Positions 62,722 to 64,000 of a stretch of DNA of 64,000 nt are shown one piece after another (the stretch's first letter is position 1; each line of letters starts with the position of its first letter). The notes under the pieces were generated by a model. The model was given only the letters and a program-made list of their open reading frames with translations. It was not told the DNA's origin and did not search any database. The DNA is taken from positions 201,809 through 265,808 of the forward strand of contig JAHLVW010000062.1 in the NCBI GenBank assembly GCA_019058275.1. Direction: 5' to 3'. The translations under genes and the position numbers were made by a program. This stretch comes from Candidatus Heimdallarchaeota archaeon. GTDB taxonomy: Archaea > Asgardarchaeota > Heimdallarchaeia > JABLTI01.

Positions 62722-63084
62722 TTAATGCTTATGTTGACCAGCGCAAGCTTCCTCTTCAGAGGCAGTTTTTAATTCTCGTTTATTGTATGCTTCAAGAGCA
62801 TCTTTTACTATTAATTTATCTGTAATAAAAATCTCAATACCAGCATCTTTAAATCGACTTACAGCTTTTCGTCCTAAAGCTCTGCATATAAGAACATTGG
62901 TTCCATGTTCTTCCAGTAATGCTGGTGCTGAATATCCACCACCGAAGTGTTCGCCAGTATTCTGTATTATTTTTATTTCGTTAGTTTTATTTTGTATTAA
63001 AGTGTATGTTGGTGCTCTACCAAAGTGGTCTGATAAATAACTCTCTAAACCTTTATCATCATTTGTTGGAAATGCTAATTTCAT
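62722..63084 (-). CDS. NifB/NifX family protein
   Basis: HFGRAP motif. Confidence 0.88.
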   Translation of the reverse strand: MKLAFPTNDDKGLESYLSDHFGRAPTYTLIQNKTNEIKIIQNTGEHFGGGYSAPALLEEHGTNVLICRALGRKAVSRFKDAGIEIFITDKLIVKDALEAYNKRELKTASEEEACAGQHKH

Positions 63085-63133
63085 TTTATCACCTTATTTG
63101 TTTATTTTTCAAAAAAAAGGAATATTCACTAAT

Positions 63134-63532
63134 TTATGATCTCCTTCTTCCTTGTCCTCTTCCTCCCCCGTCTGATCCTCTCCCATACATAGCTTTCTGT
63201 GGTTGAGTCAATTGCATTAGTTTTCCTTCATTGAATTTCTTTATTGTTTCTAATACAATTCCGGAATCTGTATACATTTTAATATTTGCAGCAGATAAAG
63301 CTTGAAAAGCATTAGGACCTACATGTCCTGATATAACTGCTTTTACACCTAGATTTATCAATAATTGTGCAGCACTTATTCCTGCACCATGTCCCTCAAA
63401 TTGAGCTTTATTTTCAACTGAAGTGAAAGATGAATCCGTAGCATCGACAACAAGGAAATTTTTGCATCGACCGAATCTAGGATCAATTTGAGATTGTAAG
63501 GAATCACCTGTAGATGATACTGCTATTTTCAT
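63134..63532 (-). CDS. NifB/NifX family protein with Gly/Arg-rich tail
   Basis: RFGRC, GAGI.AAQ, GPNAF. Confidence 0.9.
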   Translation of the reverse strand: MKIAVSSTGDSLQSQIDPRFGRCKNFLVVDATDSSFTSVENKAQFEGHGAGISAAQLLINLGVKAVISGHVGPNAFQALSAANIKMYTDSGIVLETIKKFNEGKLMQLTQPQKAMYGRGSDGGGRGQGRRRS

Positions 63533-63561
63533 AATAAATCACCGTATTTTCGAATTATCTT

Positions 63562-63933
63562 TTATCTAAGATCTTTTAGTTTCATTTTCAATTCTTTGAT
63601 TTCTTCTTGTAACATATCAATTCTATCTGTCAATAATGCTTTCTCATATTTTGTATCAAAAGCTACATCTTTGAAGGCATTTTGCCAAACTCCTAAATTT
63701 GGATTTTTTTCAGCAAAATCTTTTAGAAACTCATCGAATTGCCCTGTATTTTGCAAGTATTGTGCACAAGGTCCCATTCCTCTTCCTCCTCCTCTCATTC
63801 TTGGAGATGTTCCATATCTAATCCAACTTGGAACTCCTGTTAATTCATACATCCTTCTGTATCTACCTCTATCATTAGATCTTCTACCAAAATTTCCCAA
63901 CTTTATCACCTTATATTTTATGTTAATACACAT
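63562..63933 (-). CDS. Small Gly/Arg-rich coiled-coil protein (DUF5320-like)
   Basis: GRYRRMYELTG.P.W.R, GGGRGMGPC, C-terminal coiled coil; typical neighbour of NifX/MinD genes. Confidence 0.6.
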   Translation of the reverse strand: MCINIKYKVIKLGNFGRRSNDRGRYRRMYELTGVPSWIRYGTSPRMRGGGRGMGPCAQYLQNTGQFDEFLKDFAEKNPNLGVWQNAFKDVAFDTKYEKALLTDRIDMLQEEIKELKMKLKDLR

Positions 63934-64000
63934 AAATGTTAGGTTAATCTAACTTTTAAATCTTTATGTTCATATGCACAAAAATATTTATTCAATGAAT

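Noticed and set aside
60940-63532. Nitrogen fixation or cell-division (min) locus
   Set aside because: NifX-like plus MinD-ferredoxin operons are common in non-diazotrophic anaerobes; no nifHDK or minCE genes are present
551-63952. Short antisense or nested ORFs in the track (e.g. 29815..30147, 37934..38383, 45244..45591, 53157..53357)
   Set aside because: They shadow well-supported genes or the RING pseudogene and show no recognisable motifs

Overview
AT-rich archaeal DNA that reads as an Asgard archaeon, probably Heimdallarchaeia (inferred from Rag-, Roc- and Rab-like GTPases, roadblock, longin, uDENN/DENN and membrane RING proteins, and C-terminally anchored surface proteins). Contents in order: (1) 2.3-7 kb, a decayed island with a tyrosine recombinase, a winged-helix protein and two chimeric genes. 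(2) 7-38 kb, metabolic and peptide-scavenging genes: TldD/PmbA, PepA, clostripain, an ABC exporter, an aminotransferase-SCP2 fusion and most of the six circularly permuted family-5 solute-binding proteins (the sixth is the chimera at 2.3 kb). (3) 39-61 kb, eukaryotic-signature signalling genes, including a 1440-aa single-pass surface protein with a cytoplasmic FLCN/SMCR8-type uDENN domain beside two Rag-like GTPases, and a roadblock-Rab-DENN cluster. (4) 61-64 kb, a MinD-ferredoxin/NifX operon. Two intergenic palindromes recur. RGTCTTA-N6-TAAGACY occurs five times, once beside the recombinase locus and four times around accessory genes at 50.4-57.7 kb. TCGTCGA-N4-TCGACGA occurs twice, bracketing that same segment. 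Many genes carry in-frame stops (often at Trp/Gln positions), 1-nt frameshifts or deletions, indicating genome decay or a noisy consensus. No rRNA, tRNA or CRISPR array was recognised. All family calls are motif recognition by eye, with no database search.
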